This document shows, one piece after another, positions 11,437 to 20,852 of a DNA stretch of 64,000 nucleotides (the first letter of the stretch is position 1; each line of letters starts with the position of its first letter). The position numbers and the translations under genes were made by a program. Origin of the DNA: a virus; IMG/VR virus record IMGVR_UViG_3300046794_000123, positions 14,538 through 78,537 of that record; one strand, given 5' to 3'. The notes under the pieces are model-generated. The model was not told the DNA's origin. It searched no databases and worked only from the letters and a program-made list of their open reading frames with translations.

Positions 11437-11963
11437 TCGGCGGCACCTGGGTCAGAGATGAGATGGCGATCCGCCGTCAGTTGCTCGCCGACTTGCACGA
11501 GCTGTCGGTCACGCAATTCAACAGTTGCCCGGAGTTCTGCAACCAGAGATCGACCCGCTTCAAGAGATCGGTCGAGTTCGGCTGTATGGCTTGCGAGACT
11601 TGCGCACTCAACGGAGCCAGATTCGGCTTGACGTTGATAAATTGCGGCTCGGGCGTCACTGCGCTGCAAGCTGCGAGCGTAGTCAGCGCGCAGAGCATCA
11701 AGCTCCTGCGCATGAGCGCTTGAAGCCGCATCGAGTGCGGCTGCTGCACGTTGAGATTCCTGGGCATGCTTGTTTTCCTTTTGCGCAAGCTCGGCCTTCA
11801 CCGTGGTGATGGCCTCGCTCTGCGCTTCTTTTTCTGCATCCCATTTGGATTGAATCTCGGCTTTTCCGTGATCCGATCCAGATGAGTAGCAATACCAAGC
11901 TGCTCCCGAGATGACCGCTACAGGCAGCACCCCGTAGAGCAGGATCCTGAGCAATATGCTCAT
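11433..11963 (-). CDS. Rz-like inner-membrane spanin
   Basis: N-terminal TM followed by coiled coil, downstream of the endolysin. Confidence 0.8.
   Translation of the reverse strand: MSILLRILLYGVLPVAVISGAAWYCYSSGSDHGKAEIQSKWDAEKEAQSEAITTVKAELAQKENKHAQESQRAAAALDAASSAHAQELDALRADYARSLQRSDARAAIYQRQAESGSVECASLASHTAELDRSLEAGRSLVAELRATVELRDRQLVQVGEQLTADRHLISDPGAAE
11477..11731 (-). CDS. Rz1-like outer-membrane lipoprotein spanin embedded in Rz
   Basis: Alternate frame within Rz; signal peptide with lipobox LAAC. Confidence 0.75.
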   Translation of the reverse strand: MRLQALMRRSLMLCALTTLAACSAVTPEPQFINVKPNLAPLSAQVSQAIQPNSTDLLKRVDLWLQNSGQLLNCVTDSSCKSASN

Positions 11964-12391
11964 GGCACGTCCTTGTAGAAGATGTGGCTCCCTATCTGCA
12001 CCGTGCGGGTGGCATCCTTCGTCCACGCCGGAGCAGCAATGCTCTTGGCGTAGTAATGCGTCGCACCCAGCGTGATGTCAGGCTGGTAGTGGGCGAGTAC
12101 CAGGAGCGCCGCATCCTCACACTCCTGGTACTCGGACTTGGGTATGACTCGGGAACCAGAAAGAAAGGCGAAGTTCGGGTCATTGACGTTCCAGCAACTG
12201 AACTGGTACTTGGCCCGGCAGACGCTTGCGTAATCCTTCCCCCACCATGTCTTTGGGGAAAGAACTCGGTTTTTGATTACCCAAGCGACCGCTATCTTGC
12301 CTTCCTTCGTTTCCCCTCGGGATTCTCCCCAGAGGGTTCTAGCTACCGCATCCAAATCACCATCAGTATATGTTGGGTTTGTAACAGACAC
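11960..12391 (-). CDS. Endolysin, SleB/Hydrolase_2-type cell wall hydrolase
   Basis: ARTLWGESRGE...VAWVIKNR...YQFSCWN...GATHYY...IGSHIFY motifs. Confidence 0.88.
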   Translation of the reverse strand: MSVTNPTYTDGDLDAVARTLWGESRGETKEGKIAVAWVIKNRVLSPKTWWGKDYASVCRAKYQFSCWNVNDPNFAFLSGSRVIPKSEYQECEDAALLVLAHYQPDITLGATHYYAKSIAAPAWTKDATRTVQIGSHIFYKDVP

Positions 12392-12412
12392 AATCCATTT
12401 CCTCCGATTGGT

Positions 12413-12664
12413 TCAGGTTGAGGAGTCCTCACCGGGCGCTGTAGCGCCACCGATACTGGACTGTTTCACTATTCGACCCACGATTCCGGACAGTGCTACC
12501 AGCGGAGCCAGGCCCCAGAGCATCCATCTGCAGTGCTGCTGCAAGTCGGGTGGCATCGAAGCCCAGGCCACTGGAATCGCCCCCGCAATGCTCAGTGCAT
12601 GCGTGGAGTACATCCGCCAGACTTGTTTCCATTCGTCGATCAGTTTTAGGTTTTTGAGAGCCAT
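12413..12664 (-). CDS. Putative holin
   Basis: 83 aa, two hydrophobic segments (LIDEWKQVWRMYS...), adjacent to the endolysin. Confidence 0.7.
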   Translation of the reverse strand: MALKNLKLIDEWKQVWRMYSTHALSIAGAIPVAWASMPPDLQQHCRWMLWGLAPLVALSGIVGRIVKQSSIGGATAPGEDSST

Positions 12665-12978
12665 TTGACGATCTCCACACGGAAAGAAAATGCCAACCCA
12701 ATCAGGAAGGCAAGCGTCCCCCACGCCCATTTGCCAAAGATCCCGGCACCGGTGATCTTGTGCTTGATCGTGATGAATTCCTCGATCGTGGGGCTCTGTT
12801 TGGTCAGAGACTCCTCGACTGCCTTCAGCCGATTGCCCATGTTTGCCAGGCTCACCGACTGCTCTTCCATCTTTTCGTACTGGGTCTTTCTGGCAGCCTT
12901 GGCTTCCTCCAGCTCTTTCTGGATGAACTTGTACTGCTCACCCAACACGGCAAGCTGAACTTCAAGAGAGTTGGGCAT
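12646..12978 (-). CDS. Lysis-cassette membrane protein (coiled coil + C-terminal TM)
   Basis: 110 aa; position resembles N4 gp63. Confidence 0.55.
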   Translation of the reverse strand: MPNSLEVQLAVLGEQYKFIQKELEEAKAARKTQYEKMEEQSVSLANMGNRLKAVEESLTKQSPTIEEFITIKHKITGAGIFGKWAWGTLAFLIGLAFSFRVEIVKWLSKT

Positions 12979-12995
12979 CTTTGGGCTCGCAAACG

Positions 12996-13042
12996 AAAAA
13001 GGGGGGAGCACCTGAGATCAACTCTCTTGGCGCTCCCCCCTT
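12996..13042 (-). terminator. Intrinsic terminator
   Basis: aaaaaggggggagc...gctcccccctt inverted repeat with U tail on the minus strand. Confidence 0.55.
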
Positions 13043-13264
13043 GGTGAACCGACGCTGCAGTTCACTGGGATTAGACTGTCCGAATGATACTTTATTAGTC
13101 AGGAGGATTGGGTGAACTGTCACCAGAAGCAACAGTCGGATTCACCGCAACCGGTACCTCCGGGTCGACCACGATCCGGCTGGAGTGATTCAGCAGGTGC
13201 GGATTGGCTGCCAGGAACTGCGCATACGTGGGTGTCTTCCACTCCGGCACTGGGGTGTCTGCCA

Positions 13265-13459
13265 TCACAGGCCTCCTTTCGGATAGCGGTCTTTGACCGA
13301 CTTGCAGTGCTCGACCCACAGCATCGTCTCAACAGGCAGCTCGATACCTTTTTCCATGAGCGCTGCAAAGCCCTTCATCAGCGCATCGAGCTGGTCCCCG
13401 ATGCTCATATAGGCCTGCTTACGCAGCGGCCCCACATCCACCTCGTGTCGGATCTTCAT
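13265..13459 (-). CDS. Small tail-associated hypothetical protein
   Basis: 64 aa ORF (R..AY.SIGDQLDAL...CKSVKDRYPK), overlapping start/stop with neighbours. Confidence 0.6.
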   Translation of the reverse strand: MKIRHEVDVGPLRKQAYMSIGDQLDALMKGFAALMEKGIELPVETMLWVEHCKSVKDRYPKGGL

Positions 13460-13860
13460 ACCTGGCTCACCTGAAAGGACGCATCGAGCCAGGGGAAAGA
13501 AGACACCCTTACGCTGTAGGTACCGGGTTGAGAGAACTCCAGCTCACAGTGATCGTCCGTGCAGTCATGGACCACGCCCTCGATCGTGATCGTGCAGGGC
13601 ACCGGCAGGTTCTCAAGTACCCTGCCCACGAGTGTTGCAGGGCAGGCTGGCCGAACAAGAACCTCCCCGTCTTTCACGTAATGCGTCTCGGCTGTGCCCA
13701 TCCCTTTCGTCAGCCGCCCGCCATCTGGTATCACCTGGATGTCGAAAATGAATGCCGGCACGCTGCCGTAGTAGAGGATCTTCCCTGCCGCATCGGAGGC
13801 GACGTATTCGACCACCGTGTGATCCAGGACCGGTGCTTCCACCACTTGTTCTTCGCTCAT
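13456..13860 (-). CDS. Tail-associated hypothetical protein
   Basis: 134 aa ORF coupled to the upstream fibre gene. Confidence 0.6.
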   Translation of the reverse strand: MSEEQVVEAPVLDHTVVEYVASDAAGKILYYGSVPAFIFDIQVIPDGGRLTKGMGTAETHYVKDGEVLVRPACPATLVGRVLENLPVPCTITIEGVVHDCTDDHCELEFSQPGTYSVRVSSFPWLDASFQVSQV

Positions 13861-15458
13861 CGCTTTGCCTCAAGAAGTGCAACTGTGGAGCCAGTGAAAC
13901 CGCCTTGTGCCGAGGAAAGGGTGATCGTGATCACCTGAGCCGCCCACGCTCCCAGACGCACGAACGTCCCTGCCTGAACCTGATCACCCTGCAGCGTTGC
14001 CTGCACACTGCCATTCACCTTCAGCTGGAGGATGCCTGGCACTCGTGTGCCCGCTTCCGGGTTACCAGTGCCGAGACACAAAGCGCCGATGAAGATGATG
14101 ATGTCACCGCCCACGCTCTGGTACGTCACTGACTGATTGTTGGAAAACCCGCCCCACGAAGCGAGTGTCGATACTGCATTGTTGCCAATGCGCAGCGTAT
14201 CGACCTGAGCGAAGCCAATCTTGGCCGTGGTGATCTGGGCATCTCCGATCTTGGCGTTCGTGATCGATGCATCAGCGATCTTGGCGTTGGTAATGGCCGC
14301 ATCGGCAATCTTCGCATTGGTGATCGTGGCATCACCGATCGCTGCATTGGTGATGCACACCTGCGGCACACCATTGACCGAGCCCACCCAGAACGGCTGC
14401 ACACCGGGATACCCCGGCAACTGCACCGTGAACCGGTCAGCCAGAATGTTGAAGTAGCTGACGACTGCGCCATTGGCTGCGGTTGAGTACAGACCAAACC
14501 CGGATACATAGCCGTTGTTGTCGATCTTGACGGCGTAATTCGCATACACACCATTGATCGAACTCTGCTGAACGTTGATCGTGCTGGTGTGTCCATTGAG
14601 CGTCGTCGTCAGCGCCAGCATGGCAGACGCATTGGACTGGTTCGCCGCAGCCAGTGCCGTCTGTAGCGAAGTAATCGCAGCCGATGACACGTCCGTGTGG
14701 GCCTCGACCTGAGTGATCCGGGTCGACAGTGCCGAGTCTGCATCAGCACGGGCTTCTTGCTCATCGAGGATGCTGGCCGTGTTCTGGCCGACATCGGCCA
14801 CAACCACATCGATGCGCTTACCGATCGCCGTATCGGCATCGGCATAGGCGATCTTCGTCTCATTGATGGCGACCGTGTTGGCGGCTGTTGTCGCCACCAC
14901 CTGCTCGATCCGCTCACTAAGTGCCGACTCAGCATCGGCACGGGCGAGCTGCTCATCCTGAATGGCCGCTACGTTCGCATCAATCCGGGCACCGACCGTA
15001 TTGATCTTGATCGCCACCGACTCTTCATTGGTCTGCCGGATCGCCTTTTCTTCGGTGATCTCGGCCTCGAAGATGCTATCCGCGAGCTGGCGTGCCTCCA
15101 CCTCGGCTTGAAGCACAGCATTGGCCGTGGTTTCGGCAGTGATCTGTGCCTGCGCCACGGCTTTCGCAATGACCGCATCGATCACTGCCTTTTCCAGCAG
15201 ATCCTTGTCTGCCTGCGTCAGTCCTCCTGGGTCGCCCTTGAAAAACGGTACGAAATCGGTGCCCAGCGTCGAGCCATCCGGGCTGTAGAGCCGGATGACC
15301 AGATTCTTTGTCTCAAGCACCCCGGAAATGGGATCGTCTTCGAGAGCTGCCGACAGGACATTGGATTGGAGACCGAGCTGCATTTCCTCGGTCCCCAATC
15401 CAACAGCCAGTCCGGAAGTCTTGATGACGATCTGGGGATCATCCAGAACGTCACTCAT
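13857..15458 (-). CDS. Tail fibre/host-specificity protein with lambda-J-like C-terminal (DUF1983-like) domain
   Basis: Coiled-coil repeats (EQ.ARADA.SALS), YAVKIDNNGYVSGFGL...FNILADRF motif, ITNAKIADA repeats. Confidence 0.7.
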   Translation of the reverse strand: MSDVLDDPQIVIKTSGLAVGLGTEEMQLGLQSNVLSAALEDDPISGVLETKNLVIRLYSPDGSTLGTDFVPFFKGDPGGLTQADKDLLEKAVIDAVIAKAVAQAQITAETTANAVLQAEVEARQLADSIFEAEITEEKAIRQTNEESVAIKINTVGARIDANVAAIQDEQLARADAESALSERIEQVVATTAANTVAINETKIAYADADTAIGKRIDVVVADVGQNTASILDEQEARADADSALSTRITQVEAHTDVSSAAITSLQTALAAANQSNASAMLALTTTLNGHTSTINVQQSSINGVYANYAVKIDNNGYVSGFGLYSTAANGAVVSYFNILADRFTVQLPGYPGVQPFWVGSVNGVPQVCITNAAIGDATITNAKIADAAITNAKIADASITNAKIGDAQITTAKIGFAQVDTLRIGNNAVSTLASWGGFSNNQSVTYQSVGGDIIIFIGALCLGTGNPEAGTRVPGILQLKVNGSVQATLQGDQVQAGTFVRLGAWAAQVITITLSSAQGGFTGSTVALLEAKR

Positions 15459-15460
15459 GG

Positions 15461-15778
15461 CTATCCTTGTGTCACCGTGTCCAGCACGTCGATCTCTTCG
15501 GTGTTGGAGATCAACACATTGCCCGCCCCATCCGTCAGCCGGATGTCCATCAGATGGGGCATGACCTTCCACTTGGTGGTGTCCGTGGTCGGCGCATAGA
15601 TCCGGATCATACCGGTGGCCGGATCCAGAATCGAACAGATCATGTGCTGAACGAACTCGAAGTTCGTCTTCGTGCGCAAATCAGCAGCAAGGATGTACCC
15701 AGCAATCGGATACGGTTCACCCTTGTTGGTGATCTGCCCAGAGAAATCGAACGTCTGTCCGCGCTTGAACTTCACCAT
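15461..15778 (-). CDS. Tail-associated protein (BppU-N-like)
   Basis: 105 aa, KRGQTFDF...DIRLTDG...SNT..IDV. Confidence 0.5.
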   Translation of the reverse strand: MVKFKRGQTFDFSGQITNKGEPYPIAGYILAADLRTKTNFEFVQHMICSILDPATGMIRIYAPTTDTTKWKVMPHLMDIRLTDGAGNVLISNTEEIDVLDTVTQG

Positions 15779-16230
15779 GCCAGCGTCCCTCCAGCAGCTT
15801 CACGCCGCAAAATGTCAGCAAGAAGGTTCGGACTATAGCGCCACGACTCCGGGAATCCCAGTGCACGGGCAACGGCTTCCGAGCAGAACCACTTGCACTT
15901 CTCACCTTCCTGCCGTGCCCACACGAACTGGAACAGGCCCAGTACATCGTAGCCTTGGCCTGCATGCGCCTGGAACCAGGAAAGAGAAGCTGCCTCCTCT
16001 TCAGGTGTCGTCGGGATCTCGATCACATCCCAGTCAGCCGGATCGAGATCGACGATCTTCTGACGCACGCCACCGTCGAGGTAGGCCGAGCTCCAGCACA
16101 CTGCCCTGCCGTTCTCTTCAGCAACGACCAGCTCGCAGTGCGAGTACGGACCCACCGTCCACCACTTCGTGAGCACGCCCAGCCAGCCCTTCACACCTGG
16201 ATGACGACCCTTGAAAAACGCAATTTTCAT
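15772..16230 (-). CDS. Permuted papain-like (YiiX/YaeF-type) amidase
   Basis: YSHCELV...YD..G...WFCSE motif order (His before Cys). Confidence 0.7.
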   Translation of the reverse strand: MKIAFFKGRHPGVKGWLGVLTKWWTVGPYSHCELVVAEENGRAVCWSSAYLDGGVRQKIVDLDPADWDVIEIPTTPEEEAASLSWFQAHAGQGYDVLGLFQFVWARQEGEKCKWFCSEAVARALGFPESWRYSPNLLADILRREAAGGTLAW

Positions 16231-16238
16231 GTGTGCCC

Positions 16239-16724
16239 TTATTCAATCGATTTAGCGGCCATGTTGATAGCGTCGATGATCGAGTCATAAGACGCCTGCG
16301 CCACAGCCGCCGAGGTTGCGGTGATGATTTCGTACTTGCGCATACGCAAGGCACCGATCTGGGACAGTGCCGCCTTCAGGTTGGTGGCTTGCACGAGAAT
16401 CAGGTCAGCTGCCTGCTGGTTCGACATGCCGGACGGAACCGCAAAGCCCGTCACCCACGGACCAGGATCACCCACGTAATCGGCATCCTTGAACGCTTGG
16501 GCTGCTGCTTCCCGTGACAGGTATTCCTGCTGAAAGCGGGTCCAGTTCGAGTAGATCTCAGCGACGAGACCGTCGATGGCTGTCGGATAAATGTCCTGCA
16601 GATACGCGAGCCAGGCAGGATCACTGTCCGCCACGAGGGTGCTGCTGCCATCGTCGGCCACTGCCCACACATGGTGGGCATCCGTTTGGCCGGTCGATGG
16701 GTTGATGGCCATTAGATACTTCAT
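16239..16724 (-). CDS. Tail fibre-associated protein
   Basis: 161 aa ORF directly after the tail fibre. Confidence 0.55.
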   Translation of the reverse strand: MKYLMAINPSTGQTDAHHVWAVADDGSSTLVADSDPAWLAYLQDIYPTAIDGLVAEIYSNWTRFQQEYLSREAAAQAFKDADYVGDPGPWVTGFAVPSGMSNQQAADLILVQATNLKAALSQIGALRMRKYEIITATSAAVAQASYDSIIDAINMAAKSIE

Positions 16725-19700
16725 GCTGCATTCCTCATCTCAAGTGCTGCGATGCGTGCATTTGCGTTATCGAGCTTGTCAGCGAGTTCTTTCACCGCCT
16801 CGATCAGCGGAGCCACGAGATCGTTGTACGAGACGCCCAGGTACTTCTCCTTGGTTCCTGCACCGTGGTTCTCGTTGACGCAGTACGGGAACACTTCCCG
16901 GACTTCCTGAGCGATCACCCCGTAGTGCTTCTCGCCGTTTGCCTTGTACGCGTACGAAACACCCCGGATCGAGCGGATCTTGTCGAGCGAGTCAGACAGG
17001 TCCTGAATGTCTTCCTTCAGATTACGGTCCGACCCCTGCGAACCTGCGCCGGCCGCCGTGATCGTGAAGCGACCCAGTTCCGCCGTGTTGGCATTGTTGA
17101 CGGTACGGAACACGAAGCCGCCACTGCCCAGCCCCTGGTTGTTGACCAGGCAAGTCTCGCCCGTGCCCACGTCATTCCAGACAAACTTGCCCCCTTGGGA
17201 CGAGTAGTTCAGGCCGAAGTTGGCAGCAACTGAAACGCCCCCGCCGAACTGAGCGCCCGCAGATCTTGAAGCCGGGTCAGTCACGCCACCAACGCTATTT
17301 GCCGAGGCAGCAACGCCTGCCGAGTTTGCGTAGTTCACGCTGAAGTTGGCGGGATTCCACACCAACATGTTCGCGCCGTCATTGCTGCCCCACATCCAGC
17401 TGGGCTGTCCGGCCTGTCCGGAGAAGTTCCATGTCGAGTCGGTACCGCTAGCGAGACGAAGGTGAAGCGCGGTGTAGATCGAACCGTTAGTCTGTGCCGG
17501 ACTCGGCAGGTTGCCGGTATCCCACGGCGTGACACCTGCCCAAGTCGGACGAGCACGAGGCAGATTCAGTACGCCCCCATCGCTGAGCGACATGTTGATC
17601 GCATTGTTCGCGTTATTAACCCACTCCCACTGCTGCGGGGAACCATTGACCCGCATGTGCGGCGCATAGCCACCCGACCCCCGCATGTAGAACAGTTTCG
17701 AGAGAACGCCTGCTCCCGAGTAGTCAACGATCATGTTCCCTTGGAACGTGTGTGACGCCGCAGCGTACGTCAGGTTGCCCTGCCCCGACGCAGCGGCACC
17801 ACCCGTAGAGATAATGCGCGAGTCATAATCCGTGCCCAGACCCGAGCTATGGAAGTCGAGCAGAGCAGTGGTAGTGGCGGCAGCACCAAGCTCGATGTTG
17901 CCGCCGTTGATCTGCACACCCCCTTCGAACGTGTGACTGCCCACTGCACTGATCGTGTAGCGTAGGGTGGCCCCCGTGTAGAAAGTCAAGGCCGGGGCAG
18001 TAGTAGCGCCGATCGCCTGAGTACTGAGACGAGTCTCTCCCGGCACGACCAAAAGTTGACCAAGGGTCGCGTTGTTTGTATCTGCGTTGGAGTAGGCGTT
18101 GTAGTTCGCCTGAGTACCCGCACCATTCGGAATCGCGCCTACCACGGTGGGGCTGTCCGGAGTGGTCGTCTGGAACAGCAGCCGGTTTGCAACCGTGGCG
18201 TTCGACATATCGCCCCGGATACGCCGAGCCGCACCGGAGAACGTCAGATCCCCGGCAAGCGTGGTCAGGCCCGTGCTTCGTGCGATCTTCAGCGGCGTAT
18301 CGATGAGCGTTCCGCTGTCGTCGTAGCGATTAATGCTGAAGTCGGAGCCCGCGTTTGCGCCGGCTTCAGTAGCGTTGTTCCGGCCCACCCTCCAGCGATT
18401 GAGCATCGCCTTAGAGAACATGACCGACGACTGCGCCCCATCCACGGTGGAGAGTGTCAGCAGTGCATCCGCCGCAGCCTTGTCGACAGTCACGTTACCG
18501 GCGACGTTCACGCTGCCAGTTACGGCCGTGTTGCCGCCGACCTGAAGCACGGACGTACCATCATCTACGATCGTGCCGATCAGCTTGCGATTGACGCGCC
18601 GGTCCATACAGTTGCCTGCTGCGACATCTACCATAGTCGCACTCCGGCCAACCAGTGTCACCCACTCGGCACGGTTGAGCGTAATGGTCTGATAAAGCGC
18701 CCCGGCGAAGGCGAACTGAGATCCGTCAGCTGGCAGCGCCAAGGTGAGCGGGCCGACCCCAACGTTGAAGAACGTGAGGGTGCGTCCGTTCAGGAACTGG
18801 ATTGCCGTGAAGAGCGTCAGCGTACCGGCCGTCGCTTTCGACCACTTGACCGCCTTACCAACGAACGTTGGGTCGATGTCTTGATCTGCCGACAGCGAGA
18901 CGACACCGCTGAATTGCAAACCGGATGCAGCGATCGCACTGGCTGCTGCCGCAAGTTCACTGGCATACGCTGCAGTTGCACTCTGCCCCGCCGCTGTTGC
19001 GCTACCCGCTGCTGCAACTTCGTGATCATGAGCCAGACCTTCGCTGACTGCTGCTGCCTGCTTCGACCCATCCGCCGCAGTAGCCGAGAGCGCCGCTGCT
19101 TGCTTCGATCCGTCTGCCGCCGCTGCACTGTCCGCAGCTGCCGTCTTAAAGCCATCCGCTGCTGAGGCGCTTGCTGCCGCAGCAGTCTGGCTGACAAGGG
19201 CGGCCGCAGCACTTCCCGAAGCGGCCGAGGCGGCTGCTGTCGCATTGGCGGCCTGGGTGATCGCTGTCTCATCCTGATCATGCCAACCATCCGACTGGTA
19301 GACACGCATCATGTTGGTGACAGTGTTGAAGTATTCGGCACCCACCGCCAGTGGATCGCCGTTGTTGTCGGTCGTTGGGTCAGCCGCCTTCTTGCCCAAA
19401 TAGAGGGCATTCATCGTCGAGAGGATGCCCTGAACCAGAGAGAGAGAACTGGCAGCGTCCGCCGCCGATGCAGCGGTATTCGTCTCACTTACCTTAGATT
19501 TGGTCTCGCTGTCCTTGGCATTGAGTTCACTGGTTCGGGCCTTTGCTTCGCTGTCCGCAGCCGCAGTTTGCGAAACCAATGCTGCCGCTTCTGAATCAGA
19601 AGCATTGGTTTCGCTCAACTGGGCGTGTTGCTCTGCGAGCTCGGCCGCAATCCTGGCTGTGTCCGAACCAGCGGCGCTTTGTGCAGCAGCCACTTTCGAG

Positions 19701-20140
19701 GCATCGGCATTCGCCTCAGAGAGAGCTGCCGCCCGCTGCGAAGCAGCTGCTGCGACTTCGCTGTCCGCGGCATTCGCTTCCGAGAGTGCGGCAGCTTGTT
19801 GGCTGGCGAGTGCTGCTGCCGCCTGTGCCGTTGCCCCAGCTTCGTGCTCTGCCGCTGCCAGTTCCGAGGCATGTGCCGCAGCCTCACTGGCCGCTGCTGC
19901 CATCTGGCTGGCCAGTGCCTCAGCCGCTTTGGCGATCGCCGTCTGCTCGGCGGCGAGCGTCGTAGCCATGGCAGCCTGAATGTCCCCGACAAGGCCATCC
20001 ACGTTCTGCTCAAGGTACACGATGATGGGGAGCTTCTCGGACACCGACTTCACGATGTCGTATGCCGTCCCCACCATCTTGTCCACGGGCAGCGTGTTGC
20101 TGCTGCTACCTCGCCGGTCAAGGGTGCTTCGGATGCCCAT
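16721..20140 (-). CDS. Long tail fibre with C-terminal intramolecular chaperone (peptidase S74)
   Basis: Ala-rich repeats (AA.SE.NA) and C-terminal SDRNLKEDI...YGVIAQEV...LIEAVKEL. Confidence 0.85.
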   Translation of the reverse strand: MGIRSTLDRRGSSSNTLPVDKMVGTAYDIVKSVSEKLPIIVYLEQNVDGLVGDIQAAMATTLAAEQTAIAKAAEALASQMAAAASEAAAHASELAAAEHEAGATAQAAAALASQQAAALSEANAADSEVAAAASQRAAALSEANADASKVAAAQSAAGSDTARIAAELAEQHAQLSETNASDSEAAALVSQTAAADSEAKARTSELNAKDSETKSKVSETNTAASAADAASSLSLVQGILSTMNALYLGKKAADPTTDNNGDPLAVGAEYFNTVTNMMRVYQSDGWHDQDETAITQAANATAAASAASGSAAAALVSQTAAAASASAADGFKTAAADSAAAADGSKQAAALSATAADGSKQAAAVSEGLAHDHEVAAAGSATAAGQSATAAYASELAAAASAIAASGLQFSGVVSLSADQDIDPTFVGKAVKWSKATAGTLTLFTAIQFLNGRTLTFFNVGVGPLTLALPADGSQFAFAGALYQTITLNRAEWVTLVGRSATMVDVAAGNCMDRRVNRKLIGTIVDDGTSVLQVGGNTAVTGSVNVAGNVTVDKAAADALLTLSTVDGAQSSVMFSKAMLNRWRVGRNNATEAGANAGSDFSINRYDDSGTLIDTPLKIARSTGLTTLAGDLTFSGAARRIRGDMSNATVANRLLFQTTTPDSPTVVGAIPNGAGTQANYNAYSNADTNNATLGQLLVVPGETRLSTQAIGATTAPALTFYTGATLRYTISAVGSHTFEGGVQINGGNIELGAAATTTALLDFHSSGLGTDYDSRIISTGGAAASGQGNLTYAAASHTFQGNMIVDYSGAGVLSKLFYMRGSGGYAPHMRVNGSPQQWEWVNNANNAINMSLSDGGVLNLPRARPTWAGVTPWDTGNLPSPAQTNGSIYTALHLRLASGTDSTWNFSGQAGQPSWMWGSNDGANMLVWNPANFSVNYANSAGVAASANSVGGVTDPASRSAGAQFGGGVSVAANFGLNYSSQGGKFVWNDVGTGETCLVNNQGLGSGGFVFRTVNNANTAELGRFTITAAGAGSQGSDRNLKEDIQDLSDSLDKIRSIRGVSYAYKANGEKHYGVIAQEVREVFPYCVNENHGAGTKEKYLGVSYNDLVAPLIEAVKELADKLDNANARIAALEMRNAA

Positions 20141-20142
20141 AA

Positions 20143-20844
20143 TTATTTCCACCCATTGCGTTGGAATCGGTTGTTGGTCTGTGACTGGGACTGGCCTACC
20201 AGATCCAGGGAGATCACCTCAGCGCAGGTCGCCTCGAACGCTGCCAAGTGTCCCTGGCTCATCACCTGTGCTTCCTGTGTCTGAGGCTTACCGAAAGCCC
20301 GGTACGCGATCCAGGAACGAAGAGCAGGAACAAGGACATCCGGCAGGTCGATCTCCTGCGTCAGATCTTCGAGCATGAGCAGTGGGTGCTTGGCCTGATA
20401 GGTGGCCGACAGCGCCTGCCCCGTCACCGGGTTCGGCACCTGCAAGACATTGAACTGGGGAGTAAACACCGAACGATGGTCGCTCTCGTTGTTCAGCGGC
20501 AACTCCCCACACTCACTGAAGACCGACATGATCCGGAGCACGTCCTCCTGAAACGGCTCCTCGAACGTGTCACGGATGTAGAGGTACGGCTGCGTGGAGA
20601 TGCCAGCCTGCGACTGCGCGAACTTGAGCAGCAGGTGGTAGTTCGTAATCGAGTCGACCAGATCGAGCACGACATCGCTCTGCTTCAGTACAAAGCGGGT
20701 GTAGAGCTTGAGCAGTCCCTCGTTGGTGAAGCGGATGATCGACTCTTTGCCGGCATCGGTAATGATGCCGTCCCCGTCTTGGGCGAGAGAGAGGGTCGAC
20801 AACTCTCCGAAGGAGAGGTCGGCAAACAACTCCGAGATATTCAT
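20143..20844 (-). CDS. N4 gp67-like virion adaptor protein
   Basis: 233 aa, LSFGELS...NEGLLKLYTRF; follows terminase as in N4. Confidence 0.8.
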   Translation of the reverse strand: MNISELFADLSFGELSTLSLAQDGDGIITDAGKESIIRFTNEGLLKLYTRFVLKQSDVVLDLVDSITNYHLLLKFAQSQAGISTQPYLYIRDTFEEPFQEDVLRIMSVFSECGELPLNNESDHRSVFTPQFNVLQVPNPVTGQALSATYQAKHPLLMLEDLTQEIDLPDVLVPALRSWIAYRAFGKPQTQEAQVMSQGHLAAFEATCAEVISLDLVGQSQSQTNNRFQRNGWK

Positions 20845-20852
20845 TCAAGACC

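Noticed and set aside
2854-11631. Long plus-strand ORFs (e.g. 2854-4068, 6342-7616, 10051-11631) opposite structural genes, and similar minus-strand ORFs in the right half
   Set aside because: Antisense shadows of GC3-rich genuine genes; no RBS or recognisable motifs.
18900-19980. Ala-rich repeats in the tail fibre as a DNA repeat element
   Set aside because: Explained by protein-level coiled-coil repeats common in phage fibres.
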